A stretch of DNA of 64,000 nucleotides from Podarcis pityusensis (taxonomy: Eukaryota). The first letter of the stretch is position 1. Each line of letters starts with the position of its first letter. Positions 22,435-34,102 of the stretch are shown here, one piece after another. A program made the translations under genes and the position numbers. The stretch is from assembly GCA_964106645.2 (NCBI GenBank), contig OZ067038.1. One strand, given 5' to 3'. The notes under the pieces were generated by a model. That model saw nothing but the letters and a program-made list of their open reading frames with translations. It searched no databases and was not told where the DNA came from.

Positions 22435-22873
22435 GTATATCTTAGCATCTTGGGAATATTTGTATTCTTATTGTTTTGCATGTTTAGTTCTTTCAAATTC
22501 GCTGCCTCCTGGGATTTCCTTCTACTGTTTTGGTGGCAAATTCAAATCTGTTCACTCGATTCTGTGAACAGATCTAAGGAGTGCAACTTGAATTTCTTGT
22601 AGAAACTGTTTTTCCCTTGTGTTTTGCTCATATCTTCTACATTTAGAAAGCTGGTGCATGTTTTAATCTGTTTATTGTTATTTTAGCCTTTTCAAAAAGT
22701 CTTAAATTACTGTTGTTAATTCTTCTTATCGATAATTGTATAATCTTTTTTGTAAACCCCTTTGAGGATTTGTTTTTTATTTTACTTTATTTTTACAATC
22801 AAGCAGTATATAAAATTTCTCGTGAAAGTAAATAAATAAATCGGACATTAAAACTGACCAATGTCTTTTAAAG

Positions 22874-22942
22874 TGCCAGAAGTTCCCAAGAAAGTCGTTC
22901 CAGAAAAGAAACCCCCTGAACCAGAAGCTCCACCAGCTAAAG
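22874..22942 (+). CDS. TTN: PEVK exon, 69 nt (VPEVPKKVVPEKKPPEPEAPPAK)
   Basis: ttttaaag| acceptor, |gtacat donor. Confidence 0.92.
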
Positions 22943-23581
22943 GTACATGTCAACATTATTGTGGTCACATGGAAGCATCTTCTTATTCTGATGTATTTTT
23001 TGTACTTTGTGTTCCTTGTTTTCTCTTATGATGTACAACATGTCTTCTTCATGTGAGATATCCAGAAGGCTTTCAGCCTATTTTATAAAATAATTTCTTT
23101 ATTAGCTTACTCTTAGCTCTTGGTGAGTGATCTGCCATCCAGGCTGTTGACCTATTTACTTTCAGCAACGCTGGCAGCAGAAATTTACTGGAAAATAAAC
23201 TGTGTAGTTCATATACTTAAGGAAAATTCAAATGAGAATGTACCAGGAAGCATCTCCATCCCTTACTAATGCTATGCTCATCTTCCATTGATTGTGATAA
23301 TTTAACAGAAGGACAAAGAAATAGGATGGCAATTAAACTGCCACACTTTATAGAGATCTGCATAACTTCTCAGGAAAGGGAAGGAGGACTCATTTAACAA
23401 AAGAAAAACAAACTAGGGATATAGCATAAAAATAAAGAAAATATACTGTCTGCATTTGTGGAGAGGGGGAGAAAATTGTGTTTGAATATCGTTTTTGTCA
23501 CTGTTTTCAAGTTTTGTGTTTATTGTTTTCAAATCTTTTATATCTTTGACAATCACACATTCAAAACTAATATATTTTAAG

Positions 23582-23653
23582 TGCCTGAAGTGCCCAAGAA
23601 AATTGTCCCAGAAGAAAAAGTACCAAAGAAACCAGAACCTCCCCCTGCTAAAG
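23582..23653 (+). CDS. TTN: PEVK exon, 72 nt (VPEVPKKIVPEEKVPKKPEPPPAK)
   Basis: ttttaag| acceptor, |gtattt donor. Confidence 0.92.
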
Positions 23654-24825
23654 GTATTTGTCAATTCTGAAATAATCATAGTCAAAATATTTGGGTACAA
23701 TGCTGCTTATATAGAATCAGTGGTAAAACTCCCAAGGGTTTTAAATGGAGCAGGATTCCAGCTTTTGCCTTGCTCCCATGCCTTCAGTTCCTTCATTTAT
23801 TACTTCCCATTGAAATGTGGCATTTATTGGACACAATCTGGGTGAAGCTAAGCACTTTTAAGGCTACAGTTCTGTGCACACATCTGAAAGAAAAGTTCAT
23901 TGTACACCATGGGACTTCCTTCTGACTAAACATGAGCAGGAAGTTTATGCATGTCCCATTAATTTCAGTGGAAGGATTAAGCACAAAGTGCTTAACTTTA
24001 ACTGGATTATGCCCAAAGTAACATGTAACATGTAATCCAAATGCATATCAGATACATTTTTATAGTCTTTTTGATCATATTGAGTAAGGAAAGCCAGAGG
24101 TTTATGAGCTGCCAGTGACATTTAGGTTGCATTGAGCTTGGTGGGTCACAAAGAAGTTGGTGGTACGCCTAGGCAATGCATGTCAATAATAAATCAAAAT
24201 ACAAAATATCAACAGGCCAAAGAAGACATGTAAACTTCCAGTTGTGTTGTGTCATCTTCCTATAAGGTGGCAAAATTCTTGTCAAAGGCATAAACTTATT
24301 TATTATCCATTAAAGTCATTGGATGTTAATGTGAACATCCTATTAATGTACATATTAATGTACATATGGATTTTACCATCAGTTTGAGTATATCATTGGG
24401 TTTTGAGAATTAAGGAGAACACCTTAGGAATATATGATGGCCCAGAGGAAAATATTTATCAAATATTTATCAGTTCATATATAGTCATCAGTAATAGAGT
24501 AAATATAACCAAGGCTAAAACCACTCCAATCTTTTTACAGATTTACTGTTTATGAGGAGTGGGGGTGTAATACTATTTTGTCACAGTGGGATTGTAAATG
24601 CATTTTCTTTGTTTGTATTTGATACCCTTGTTTTCTATCTGCATTGTCTGAATTAGTGATTGTTTTAATGAAAGAGAAAAGTGAGAGGCTGAGATAGATC
24701 TTCAATGTTATGTAGTAGATAATGTTGTATATTGTCATGTTTTGTGTCTCACGGTTTCTTGATCTCATAATCTTGCACATTGCATTTAGAATTAATAATA
24801 GTAAAACAAACAAATATCTTTAAAG

Positions 24826-24903
24826 TGCCAGAGGTGCCCAAGAAACCTGTGCCTGAAGAGAAGGTCCCTACGCTCAAAAAGAAAGAACCACCAACACCTA
24901 AAG
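24826..24903 (+). CDS. TTN: PEVK exon, 78 nt (VPEVPKKPVPEEKVPTLKKKEPPTPK)
   Basis: atctttaaag| acceptor, |gtatat donor. Confidence 0.92.
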
Positions 24904-25225
24904 GTATATGTTATATCTGATCAAATCTTGAAGTGAAAAACATCATTTTCTTATACTCTTGATCATTGATCATCTTTTGGATATCCTTATGAGTCTATGT
25001 CATGCATTCTTTTGAGTAGCTTTCTGTGGCTAGCATCTCCATCCTCATAGTTCTACTGGTGGTACAAGTGGATTGTACTTCATGGTAGTTTGTTGTTACA
25101 AGATTCTGGGGACAAAAGCATGCATGCCCCCTCACCTTACATCTCAAGCGTTGACATTTTCCCATCTTTTACATTTCATTGTGCTTTCAAAATTCAATAG
25201 TAAGCATTAACTAATATCTTTAAAG

Positions 25226-25324
25226 TGCCGGAAGTGCCCAAGAAGGCTGTCATCGAAGAGAAAGAACCAACTCCCGTGCTTAAAAAGCCTGTACTTAAGG
25301 AACCAGAACCTCCTCCTGTTAAAG
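25226..25324 (+). CDS. TTN: PEVK exon, 99 nt (VPEVPKKAVIEEKEPTPVLKKPVLKEPEPPPVK)
   Basis: actaatatctttaaag| acceptor, |gtacat donor. Confidence 0.92.
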
Positions 25325-25705
25325 GTACATTTCAGCATTAATGCAGTTATAAAGAATGTGGTTTTGATGCAGGTGTTTAAAGCAGATGTCTGGGAGATTC
25401 TTGTTCTGTCTGTGCTCCGTTGCTTAAAATTTCTTTTGTAAACAATACTGTTGGTTCAGTCCAGTCTGTGAGAGAAAAAGTGCTTAGCTGTGCTGAACTT
25501 CATCACGACTGCTTTCTCTGTGTCCTAGTATGCAAACACACAATTGTTGATTTTGTTATAATTGTGCATTATGTTTCAATCTTCTTCTTCATATTAGCTA
25601 CATATCTTTTGCCCCTTCTTAAAAGTAAAACTAATCTCTTTTAAGCACCCAAAGTACTTCGGAAAACTGTGCCAGTTTAAAAAGTAACTCTTGTTTTACC
25701 TAAAG

Positions 25706-27100
25706 AACCAGAACGCTTTGCTGTGTCTGAAGAACCAGAGACCATTAGTGTTTATGAAGAAGAAAAAGTCACTGTTGAGTTTGAAGAAGAAGTCGTCACT
25801 GTTGTTGCTGAAGAATGTGAACCTGCTATTGTGCCTAAGAAACCCAAGCCTACCATTGTCCCTAAGAAACCAGAAGCTGCAGCCGTGCCGAAACCACCAA
25901 AGGCTGTACTTAAAAAACCAGAACGCCCACCTGCTAAAGAGACCTTGGAATATGAAGAAGAACGAGAGGTGCAAACGATTATTGGGTACAGAGAGCGAAC
26001 ACATGTTTCTGTCCACCAGGACATAGAGGCTATAGCTACACTTGAAGAACCCGAGAGTGCTTTGGCTTTTGAGATCACAGAGCCTGAGCAATACTTTATT
26101 GAGGAATCAGAAGAGATTATTTCACTTGAAGGACCCGAAGCTGTCCCAGAAGAACCAGAAGCCGTTGCTGCTCCGGAAGAAACGAAACCTGCTATTGTGC
26201 CAAAAAAGCCGAAGCCTACTGCTGTAGCTAAAAAGCCAGAACCTGCGGCTGCACCCAAGAAACCAGAACCTATTGCTGTGCCTAAAAAGCCGAAACTTGC
26301 TCCTGTACCTAAAAAACCAGAGCCTCAGAAGCCAGAACCCTTGTTCAAAAAACCAGAACGCCCACCAGCTAAAGAGATCGAAGAGCACGAAGAGGAACGA
26401 GAGGTGCAGACTTTTATTGGAAAGAGAGAGCGACAACATGTTTCCGTCCACCTAGACATAGAGGCCATAACTCCTTTTGAGGAACCTGAGAGCGCTGCAG
26501 CTTATGAGATGGAAGAAGAAGAACAATACGTCATTGAGGGGTCCGAGGACATCGTTTCCCTTACAGGACCTGAGCCTGTTGCTGTCCCTGAGGAACCCCA
26601 AGTCATTGCTGCTCCTGAGGAACCTAAGCCTGCTCTTGTGCCCAAGAAACCCAAGCCTGTTGCTGCGCCTAAGAAACCTGAACCCGAAGCTGCTCCCAAA
26701 AAACTGGAACACGTCGTGGTGACGAAAAAGCCGAAACCTGCCGCTGTGCCTAAAAAACCAGAGCTTGCAGCACCACCCAAGAAGCCCGAACCCTTGTTCA
26801 AAAAACCAGAACGCCCACCAGCTAAAGAGATCGAAGAGCACGAAGAGGAACGAGAGGTGCAGACTTTTATTGGAAAGAGAGAGCGGCAACATGTTTCCGT
26901 CCACCAAGACATAGAGGCCATAACTGCTTTTGGGGAACCTGAGAGCGCTGGAGCTTATGAGTTGGAAGAGGCAGAACAATATGTCATTGAGGGGTCTGAG
27001 GACATTCTTGCACTTGAAGCACCTAGCGCTGCTCCTGAGGAACCAGAAGCCATTGCTGCTCCTGGAGAGCCTACAGAAGTACCTAAGAAACCAGCAAAAG
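25706..27100 (+). CDS. TTN: Giant PEVK exon, 1395 nt (465 codons), three ~145-150-aa internal repeats; 5' boundary inferred
   Basis: Open frame (ORF 25723-27159), KKPAK AAAG|gtatat donor; in-phase acceptor ttgttttacctaaag at 25705; the upstream acceptor at 25645 would include a TAA. Confidence 0.78.
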
Positions 27101-27495
27101 GTATATGGCATAATCTTTTCCGGTACAAAGAGTATGTCTTCCTTAAAGCAGAATGTTGACAAGCGTTGCTTTGCCAACTTTCTGCTGAGCAATTCGAAAA
27201 ACTGCTCTTGGAAACAAAGTTGTTGTGTGTATACATTGGTGTGTGGGTGTGTGAAAGAGAGAAAGGTTCTTTCTGATTCTGCAAAACAATTTGCTTAGGC
27301 CTGCAAGAATTTGAAATTTCCATTATTAATTGACGTGAAAGTAAATAAAAAACAACAACTTAAATGTATGAATGGAAACAGACTCAGGAAGAATTATTCA
27401 TTTGAAGCTGGATGAAGGTGATGTCTGATGTGCCTGTGGGTTGATGGATATATTTTTTCCCCTGTCTTTTAACAAACCAACTAATATCTTTAAAG

Positions 27496-27579
27496 TGCCT
27501 GAGGTACCCAAGAAAGCTGTCCCAGAAAAGAAAGTACCAGTTCCTGTGGCTAAAAAAGTCAAACCGCCACCAGCTAAAG
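27496..27579 (+). CDS. TTN: PEVK exon, 84 nt (VPEVPKKAVPEKKVPVPVAKKVKPPPAK)
   Basis: actaatatctttaaag| acceptor, |gtatat donor. Confidence 0.92.
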
Positions 27580-27880
27580 GTATATGTCCACACCTAAAGA
27601 AGAAAATTTCTTTGTTCTTCTTAAAATACTCTCTTCTTCTGTACTGTCTCTCCTATAGTTTTTGCTTGACTGAAATAACCTAGTGTTCATTTTATAATAT
27701 GAACTCTGTATGTATAATACGAAGTCTGTATGGCTCTAGATACGATGTACGTCTATGTATCTGTCTGTAGCATTAATCTTGCTTTTGATACGTCCTTAAT
27801 TCTTCGTTCCTCTTCTTAACATCTTGGTACCTCTTACTTCAATAATTCTCAAAGTAAAAATAGAAATATTATCTTTAAAG

Positions 27881-27964
27881 TGCCTGAAGAGCCCAAGAAA
27901 GTTGTTCCCGAAAAGAAAAAACCAGCTGCTGCACTTAAAAAACCAGAAGCTCCTCCCGCAAAAG
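27881..27964 (+). CDS. TTN: PEVK exon, 84 nt (VPEEPKKVVPEKKKPAAALKKPEAPPAK)
   Basis: atctttaaag| acceptor, |gtactt donor. Confidence 0.92.
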
Positions 27965-28212
27965 GTACTTTTATCATTCACAGAGAAAATCATTATCTTG
28001 CTTGCTGCGTTTGGTTCAGCTGTTGGATTTGTAAATCGTACTAATGTGTATAAATGACAGGCTGAGCCTAACTTGGGAGGGGATGGGGGTGAGGGAGTGT
28101 TTGTGTCCAAACACAATAGGTAACTTCAATACCTTCAGCAGCTCCGCTTTTGCTTTTAATGCCTTGTTTGTTTTACCTACATGAAAGTAAAACTAATTAA
28201 AATTTCTTGAAG

Positions 28213-28296
28213 TCCCTGAAGTCCCTAAGAAACCTGTTCCAGAAGAAGAGGCCCCTGTTGCTGTTCCTAAAAAGCCGGAACCTCTGCCTGCAGAAG
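28213..28296 (+). CDS. TTN: PEVK exon, 84 nt (VPEVPKKPVPEEEAPVAVPKKPEPLPAE)
   Basis: tcttgaag| acceptor, |gtagct donor. Confidence 0.9.
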
Positions 28297-29385
28297 GTAG
28301 CTCTCCCTATTAATCACGACGTCATTCTTATCCAGACTGCTATGTCCGCTTTGTTTGGTCTTACGTTTTATGTGGTCCTGTATGTATATGTAAGGCGGGG
28401 TGGTGGTGGTAGAGGACTGTCTGTTCTTTATGATGTCCTTCTGTTTAAAGTCTGCCTTTCTACCTTATTACAGATTTCAGGCCACAGTCTTCAATGGATG
28501 CGAGCAATTCTAACCGTGGAAAACCCACGCTTAGAATCTTGATTTGCCATTAAAGACTGAAGCTAATACTTCAATTATCTCATTTTGCACAAATTGGCTT
28601 TGGCCTTTTTGTCATCTTTCTGCTGTGTGGTGTTGCACTCCTTTTGGTTGCAATTATAGTACTGGCCTCATTTATAGGGGCCTTAGGGAGAAATCAGAAG
28701 CAGGGCTTTTTCTTTCCTTTTTTGTCCAGCAGCAGCAAGTCTACCTGGGGCTTTGGCCCAAATTTGTATTGATCCCATGGTCCCAGAGGCGCATTTGACC
28801 AATGATGTGCTGCAGTACTTCAATTCAACATTCTGGATCGAGCCCTCAAGAGTTGGCAGGGGATTCTTAGATTTCACACCAGAACTGTAGCTATTGCCTT
28901 TATGTTGAGGGATCTGAATTGTGAACATTTGAATGAAACACAGCTGCATCAAATAGTTGGTTCGTACAAAGTTGGACCTTATCAGGCAATCAAAGCTGCC
29001 CCAACTTCTTTGAAGGGGAAAAACACATGTATATATATAAAAAATCTGTGAATCTGATGGCAACAATCCTTCTTTAAAATATGTGTGAATATAATCTGGA
29101 CATACACTTTTCAAAAGCCCCATCAGATGCAGACTATATAGGCCTCTGTGCAGAGGGCTGCAGAGGGTTCCTAGAGGCCTGATGCAATTTCTGTTTACGA
29201 AAGCATCCATTTAAGGGCCTTCCATCCATTTATGTAAAAAAATACACTGTGACACTGGTGTGTTTGTCTGTGAATGTGTATGTTGTAATAATGTCCCCGC
29301 TATTTTGTGCAATATGTCTCCAATTCTTCTTGCCATTTGATCTTTTAAATGGCAATCTTATCTTCGTTGTCGATATTCTTTAAAG

Positions 29386-29469
29386 AGCCAGAAGTTACAG
29401 AGGAAATTGAACCGGAAGAACCAGTACCTGTTCCTACTCCAGAAACAGAGGAGATAATTCCAGATGAAG
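29386..29469 (+). CDS. TTN: Acidic PEVK exon, 84 nt (EPEVTEEIEPEEPVPVPTPETEEIIPDE)
   Basis: ttctttaaag| acceptor, |gtatat donor. Confidence 0.9.
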
Positions 29470-29921
29470 GTATATACTAAAGTGTGAATGAAATATACCA
29501 CTTTCTTTTGTACCATCTCCATCTTGCTGAGTAAGAATTAGGTGTGTTTGTTCCGTGATGTGTACACTCCAGTATGTTTTGTTTTGTTATTTTTGTGTGT
29601 GTGTTTGTATGCGTGTATTTCCTATGTTGTATTGCTTTCTGTAACTGTGTTGGTGATTCCCATTATCTTTGACCATGTAAACACCTTTCCCTCTTAATTG
29701 ACTTGGAAGTTTACTAATGACTTTTTCAAAAACTTTCTTGAACCCATGGGCCATCAGATATTTTCAGCTGAGTTGTTTATTTTTGCACTTGCGTTACTGG
29801 GAGTTTTACGAATAGAGTCTATAAAAGCAGTTTATTTCCTTTGCTACATTAGATGGTTTTCATCTGAGGTTTATATAGTATAATTACATTTGCACTGAAT
29901 CTACCGCAATATCATTTAAAG

Positions 29922-30017
29922 AACCAGAACCGGAGAAGAAGATACCTGAAAAACCCAAACCCCGTGTACCTTTCCCACCAAAAGAGGAAGTTAAGGAGGA
30001 AAAGGTTCAGCTTAAAG
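29922..30017 (+). CDS. TTN: PEVK exon, 96 nt (EPEPEKKIPEKPKPRVPFPPKEEVKEEKVQLK)
   Basis: atttaaag| acceptor, |gtatca donor; resembles human ...PPKEDVKEKIFQLK (recalled). Confidence 0.9.
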
Positions 30018-31803
30018 GTATCAGCAGCAACCCCAACAGTATTTAACAACTTTTACTAAGCCCCAGTTTTATAACTAATGCCTATTGACACATAATAATG
30101 TTCTTTGAAAGTGTGGACTTTAGGCTGCCATCCTATTCCCACTCACCTGGGAGTAAGCCTGATTAAACTTACTTTTGAGTAGGTGTGTATAGGATTGCGC
30201 TGTTAATATATTAATGTAAGTCTAACTTAATGTTGTCTGAATGGTTTTCAGTCTAATGTCCCTATTCACTGATGGTTTTCATTTTTTTATTGTTTCTAAA
30301 TTTGTAATTAGGGTTTGCAATCCAGATAGTTAATTTTACCTGTGCTCTAAGGCCTTATGCATGGTGTAGAAAACCTCCCGTTACATTCAATCAGTCACTG
30401 TGCTTTGCAGATAGAGAGCCTCCTTCAGATACCATCTTACCAAGAGCTTTGTTCCACATAATGTAGGAATCAGGCCTTAAGTGTCTTGGCACCTACCCAT
30501 TGGAATTCTGTCCTATTAAACATTAGACAAGTGATGCCTCTGTTTTCTTTTTGGTGCCTACTGAAGATCTTCCTCTTTCAACAAGCCTTTTAAATAGAGA
30601 TCTTTCCCAGTCTGCATCTGTATTGGAATTGTATTGGGTGTTTTTAGATGAATTAATTGTTTTGTCTTTTGTGTGTTTGCTGCCCTGGGCTCCTTCAGGA
30701 GGAAGGAAAGGTTATAAATTTAACAAATGATGACGACGATGTCACCTCACAAACTGCTTTTGAAACTCTCCTGAGTTTCAAACACCAGTCAACGTGTGGC
30801 ATGTTTGTTTGCTGTCTGAGATTCACAAGTCCAGAGTCCCACTGAGTGTGTGAAACTTGTTTTATAGTTCTTTGGATTGTATTTAGTTATTTGAAAGTGC
30901 ATGTGTCAAGCATGGATGTAATATAGCTAGCATTCAGAATTAAGGATAGAGAAAATGGAACTCAAAGCATTATAGACCGGGAGGAAGATTTATTACTTCC
31001 TAACGAAAATCAGTAGTGGATTATCAAAATAAACAACTATATGTAGCTTTTTTTAAGGTTCCATAAAAAATATTACTCCACATCCCACATTTTGCAATAT
31101 TCTGATCTTATACAGCATCATGAAAAGAATCAAACATAATTTAATATTTCAAAGTGTATCACCTAAGTAATATTTGGTCCTACAAGAATTGCATTTACTT
31201 TTGAAAAATCTGTTCTTTTCCCACCATCTCAAGACAGAGGGAAATAGATTCTCTTCCCAAAACAAGATTCCACCCCACCACCGCACACACTTTTGCAATA
31301 ATAGTTTCACGCAAAATTCACAGTGAAAAACTTGGTTATAAGGTCTTTATAGCTCATGTCAAGTAGGAACATTGTGGCTACACAATCTATTAAAGTTTCA
31401 ACAGAAGTGGATGTCCTCTCTGCTAAGTATATATAGATCCAGTGAAAGCAAATTATTGTATGATCAGATATGCTAGAACCAAAGTAAGCAAAGTAAAGTC
31501 TTCAGGCTGCATGTATCCTAAGAAGGCCCTTCCCCAGCCCAAGCAGCCACTATGTGGTAAGTTGCCCACAGACCCTTGTGTCTTGTTCTCGTCTTAAAGA
31601 GCACTAGACTGTAGTTTTTAGTATATTTCACAAAGTAGTATATTTTTCATTCCGTTTCCATGTGTGACTTCCAGTGGTTGTTTTGTGTTCAACTCGATTC
31701 ACTTTTTCCCTATTTTCTTTTTACTGAAGCATACTTTCATCTCGGATGGAGTATTCTGTGGCTTCTTCATCATGGCCTTGTTATCATGACTAACAATATT
31801 ATA

Positions 31804-32036
31804 CAGTGGCACCTCAGTTTTCGATCTTCTCAGAAGCCAAACGTTTCGGTTTTCGACCACCGAAAACCCTTCCGTTTTTGAATGAGCCTCAGAAGTCAAA
31901 TGGATTCCACTGAGTCCCCCCCCCCCAAGTTCCTCCATTGATTTTTCAGGCTGCCCTTTGCGCCTCGGTTTCCGAATGTTTCGGAAGTCGAACAGTCTTC
32001 TGGAACGGATTATGATCGAAAACTAAGGTACCACTG
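31804..32036. mobile_element. Tc1/pogo (Tigger-like) MITE
   Basis: TA|cagtggcacctcagttttcgatc ... gatcgaaaactaaggtaccactg|TA. Confidence 0.85.
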
Positions 32037-32337
32037 TATATACTAAAGTTAAAGTCAAAATTAAAGTTTAGCAACAAAAATGGTGGTGGTGGTTTTAGTT
32101 TTTTTAAGAACTCCTTCCGAAATAAAGTATCTTTGGAAGAGAGGACCAAACTTAACAAAGAGAAAAGTAAAGTAAAGTAAAGTAGCTAATTTCTTCATGT
32201 TTTGTGATTATTCAAATGGAACTGAAAGGTATAGCTCTCTTATAATAGGTTTTTCAGTTCTAAATGCTTATTGTACATCAAGCACCCAATGGCGATGATT
32301 ACATGTGCGCTTATTCTGAAATTAATATCATTTTAAG

Positions 32338-32415
32338 CACCTGGACTGAAGCCACGGAGACCCACACCTGAGCCTCCCGCTCCACCACCTAAAGAAGAAG
32401 TTGTTTTGAAAAAAG
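32338..32415 (+). CDS. TTN: C-terminal PEVK exon, 78 nt (APGLKPRRPTPEPPAPPPKEEVVLKK); equivalent of mammalian exon 219
   Basis: ttttaag| acceptor, |gtaatt donor; PKEEVVLK motif. Confidence 0.9.
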
Positions 32416-33001
32416 GTAATTTAGCCGTGTTGCTTTTTTCAAAAACTGGAGGACCCCACTGCTGTGATATTCCAGTCCTAACGCCACATTGTGAGGTCTG
32501 ACTGCAATAGCTAAGACACTTCAGCTTCTTCTTGCATCCAACTATAGGATCTCGAGAAGCCCATAAACAATTTCCTCAAGCAGGTTAACTCCTTTGCTGG
32601 TTCAAAGAAAATGCTAGTTCTAGACATGCCGATTCTAGGCAGAAAGCTCTACTAGCAACCATAGCTGATGCTGGAAGCTCCCAGACAGTTGGAAGTTCTA
32701 AGGTGTCTCCATTATTTGCAACATAAAGAAAGCTGTTGTTGCTTTTGCTTTTGAATATACAGTAATTAGTGCTTTGATTTCACCTGCAATTCTAAAAAGG
32801 ACTTCTTAATGGAGACTTGATTGTAGATTATCACACCGTGCAGATTTTAAGTGGTGATCAGTTTATCAGCCTTGAGAAATAAGAGGTCACTATTCTCCAG
32901 ATGTAAAACCAAGCCTATTTGTTGGCCTATGTCATTTATTAATAAAGTTCCTCATCACTTCATCACACTGTTCTTGAAAGAAAATTGTTTTTCTTTTAAA
33001 G

Positions 33002-33097
33002 TCACAAGAGCAGTTAAGAAACCAGAGGAAGAACCTAAGCCAGAGAAGGAACCAAAAGCTCCACCCAAGCCTCTTGAAAAGATTAAGAAGCCTGAAG
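33002..33097 (+). CDS. TTN: C-terminal PEVK exon, 96 nt (VTRAVKKPEEEPKPEKEPKAPPKPLEKIKKPE)
   Basis: ttttaaag| acceptor, |gtacaa donor. Confidence 0.92.
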
Positions 33098-33593
33098 GTA
33101 CAACAAAAATCAGATTGCCATGAGGTTATGCAGTAGGAGACCCTTCTTATATCCCCATATTCACAAATACTTTCTGAATCTGAAACAGTAAACCATCTGA
33201 ATTTTGAATAGTTCTTCAGCATGGAAAGAAAAATCCCAACCATTTGGAATATTCAGAAATTTGGGGACACAATCTGTAATGTAACAAATTTCACTCTCCC
33301 ATCCCCTTGACACACTCTGTCTTTTCAGTCTTCACTTTGTAAGAACTCTTGTAGAAAGCTACATCTGACATATTCTATAACTGATAGTTTTGATCTGTCT
33401 TCCTCATTATCGCTATTGTGTCCCAGCTGTTCATCTTCGCCACATACAGTGTTTTGACAGGCTTTGAACTTATTTCTTATTTGTTTTAAATAAATCACAC
33501 CAGCTACATGGCTCAGGATAAACTCGATTAATGCATCAGGGAAGTCAAAATATATGAATTCAGCTTCCGCATAAAACAAATATTTTTTTAAAG

Positions 33594-33680
33594 TGCCGGA
33601 GGTTGAAAAGAAGAAAACTGAGATCCCAGCTTTCAAGAAAAGGGAAGAAAAAGAAAAACCTGTGCCTGAACCAGCAAAAG
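33594..33680 (+). CDS. TTN: C-terminal PEVK exon, 87 nt (VPEVEKKKTEIPAFKKREEKEKPVPEPAK)
   Basis: tttaaag| acceptor, |gtacaa donor. Confidence 0.92.
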
Positions 33681-34054
33681 GTACAAACATGCAGTGCTCT
33701 TATAATCGCTTATACAACTAAAACCGCTTTTGATCTTGAATATTGGTCTGTGAGCTGCACTAATCTTTAAAACAAGCCAGCTACAAATGCTCCCATCTTT
33801 GTGCTCTTCCAGCTGCTCCCTAATTCTTCATGCAGTACCTCGTCATTTCTTCTTCTTCTTCATTAAATGTCCTCTTATTTGTCTTTATATGGTTCAAGCC
33901 GGTTCTGTTCCCCTGAAGTAGAAAAGAATGTCTTTAAGGCTTCTGTTAACTGTGCTGTTTGTCTCTCTAACTATTTTTATGCATTTCGTTGGTTTTGCAA
34001 TGTTCTGTTTAAAATATATTGATTGACCTACTTGTTATTTTTTTTTGTTCAAAG

Positions 34055-34102
34055 TTCCAGAGCCTAAACCAGCCACAATTCCTGAACCAAAGCCTGCTAC
34101 AG
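34055..34102 (+). CDS. TTN: C-terminal PEVK exon, 48 nt (VPEPKPATIPEPKPAT)
   Basis: ttcaaag| acceptor, CAG|gtagga donor. Confidence 0.88.

Noticed and set aside
26452-27192. 246-aa minus-strand ORF, and other antisense ORFs over 15537-16929 and 25696-27323
   Set aside because: Shadows of low-complexity PEVK codons (F/L/S/G-rich), with no independent gene signals
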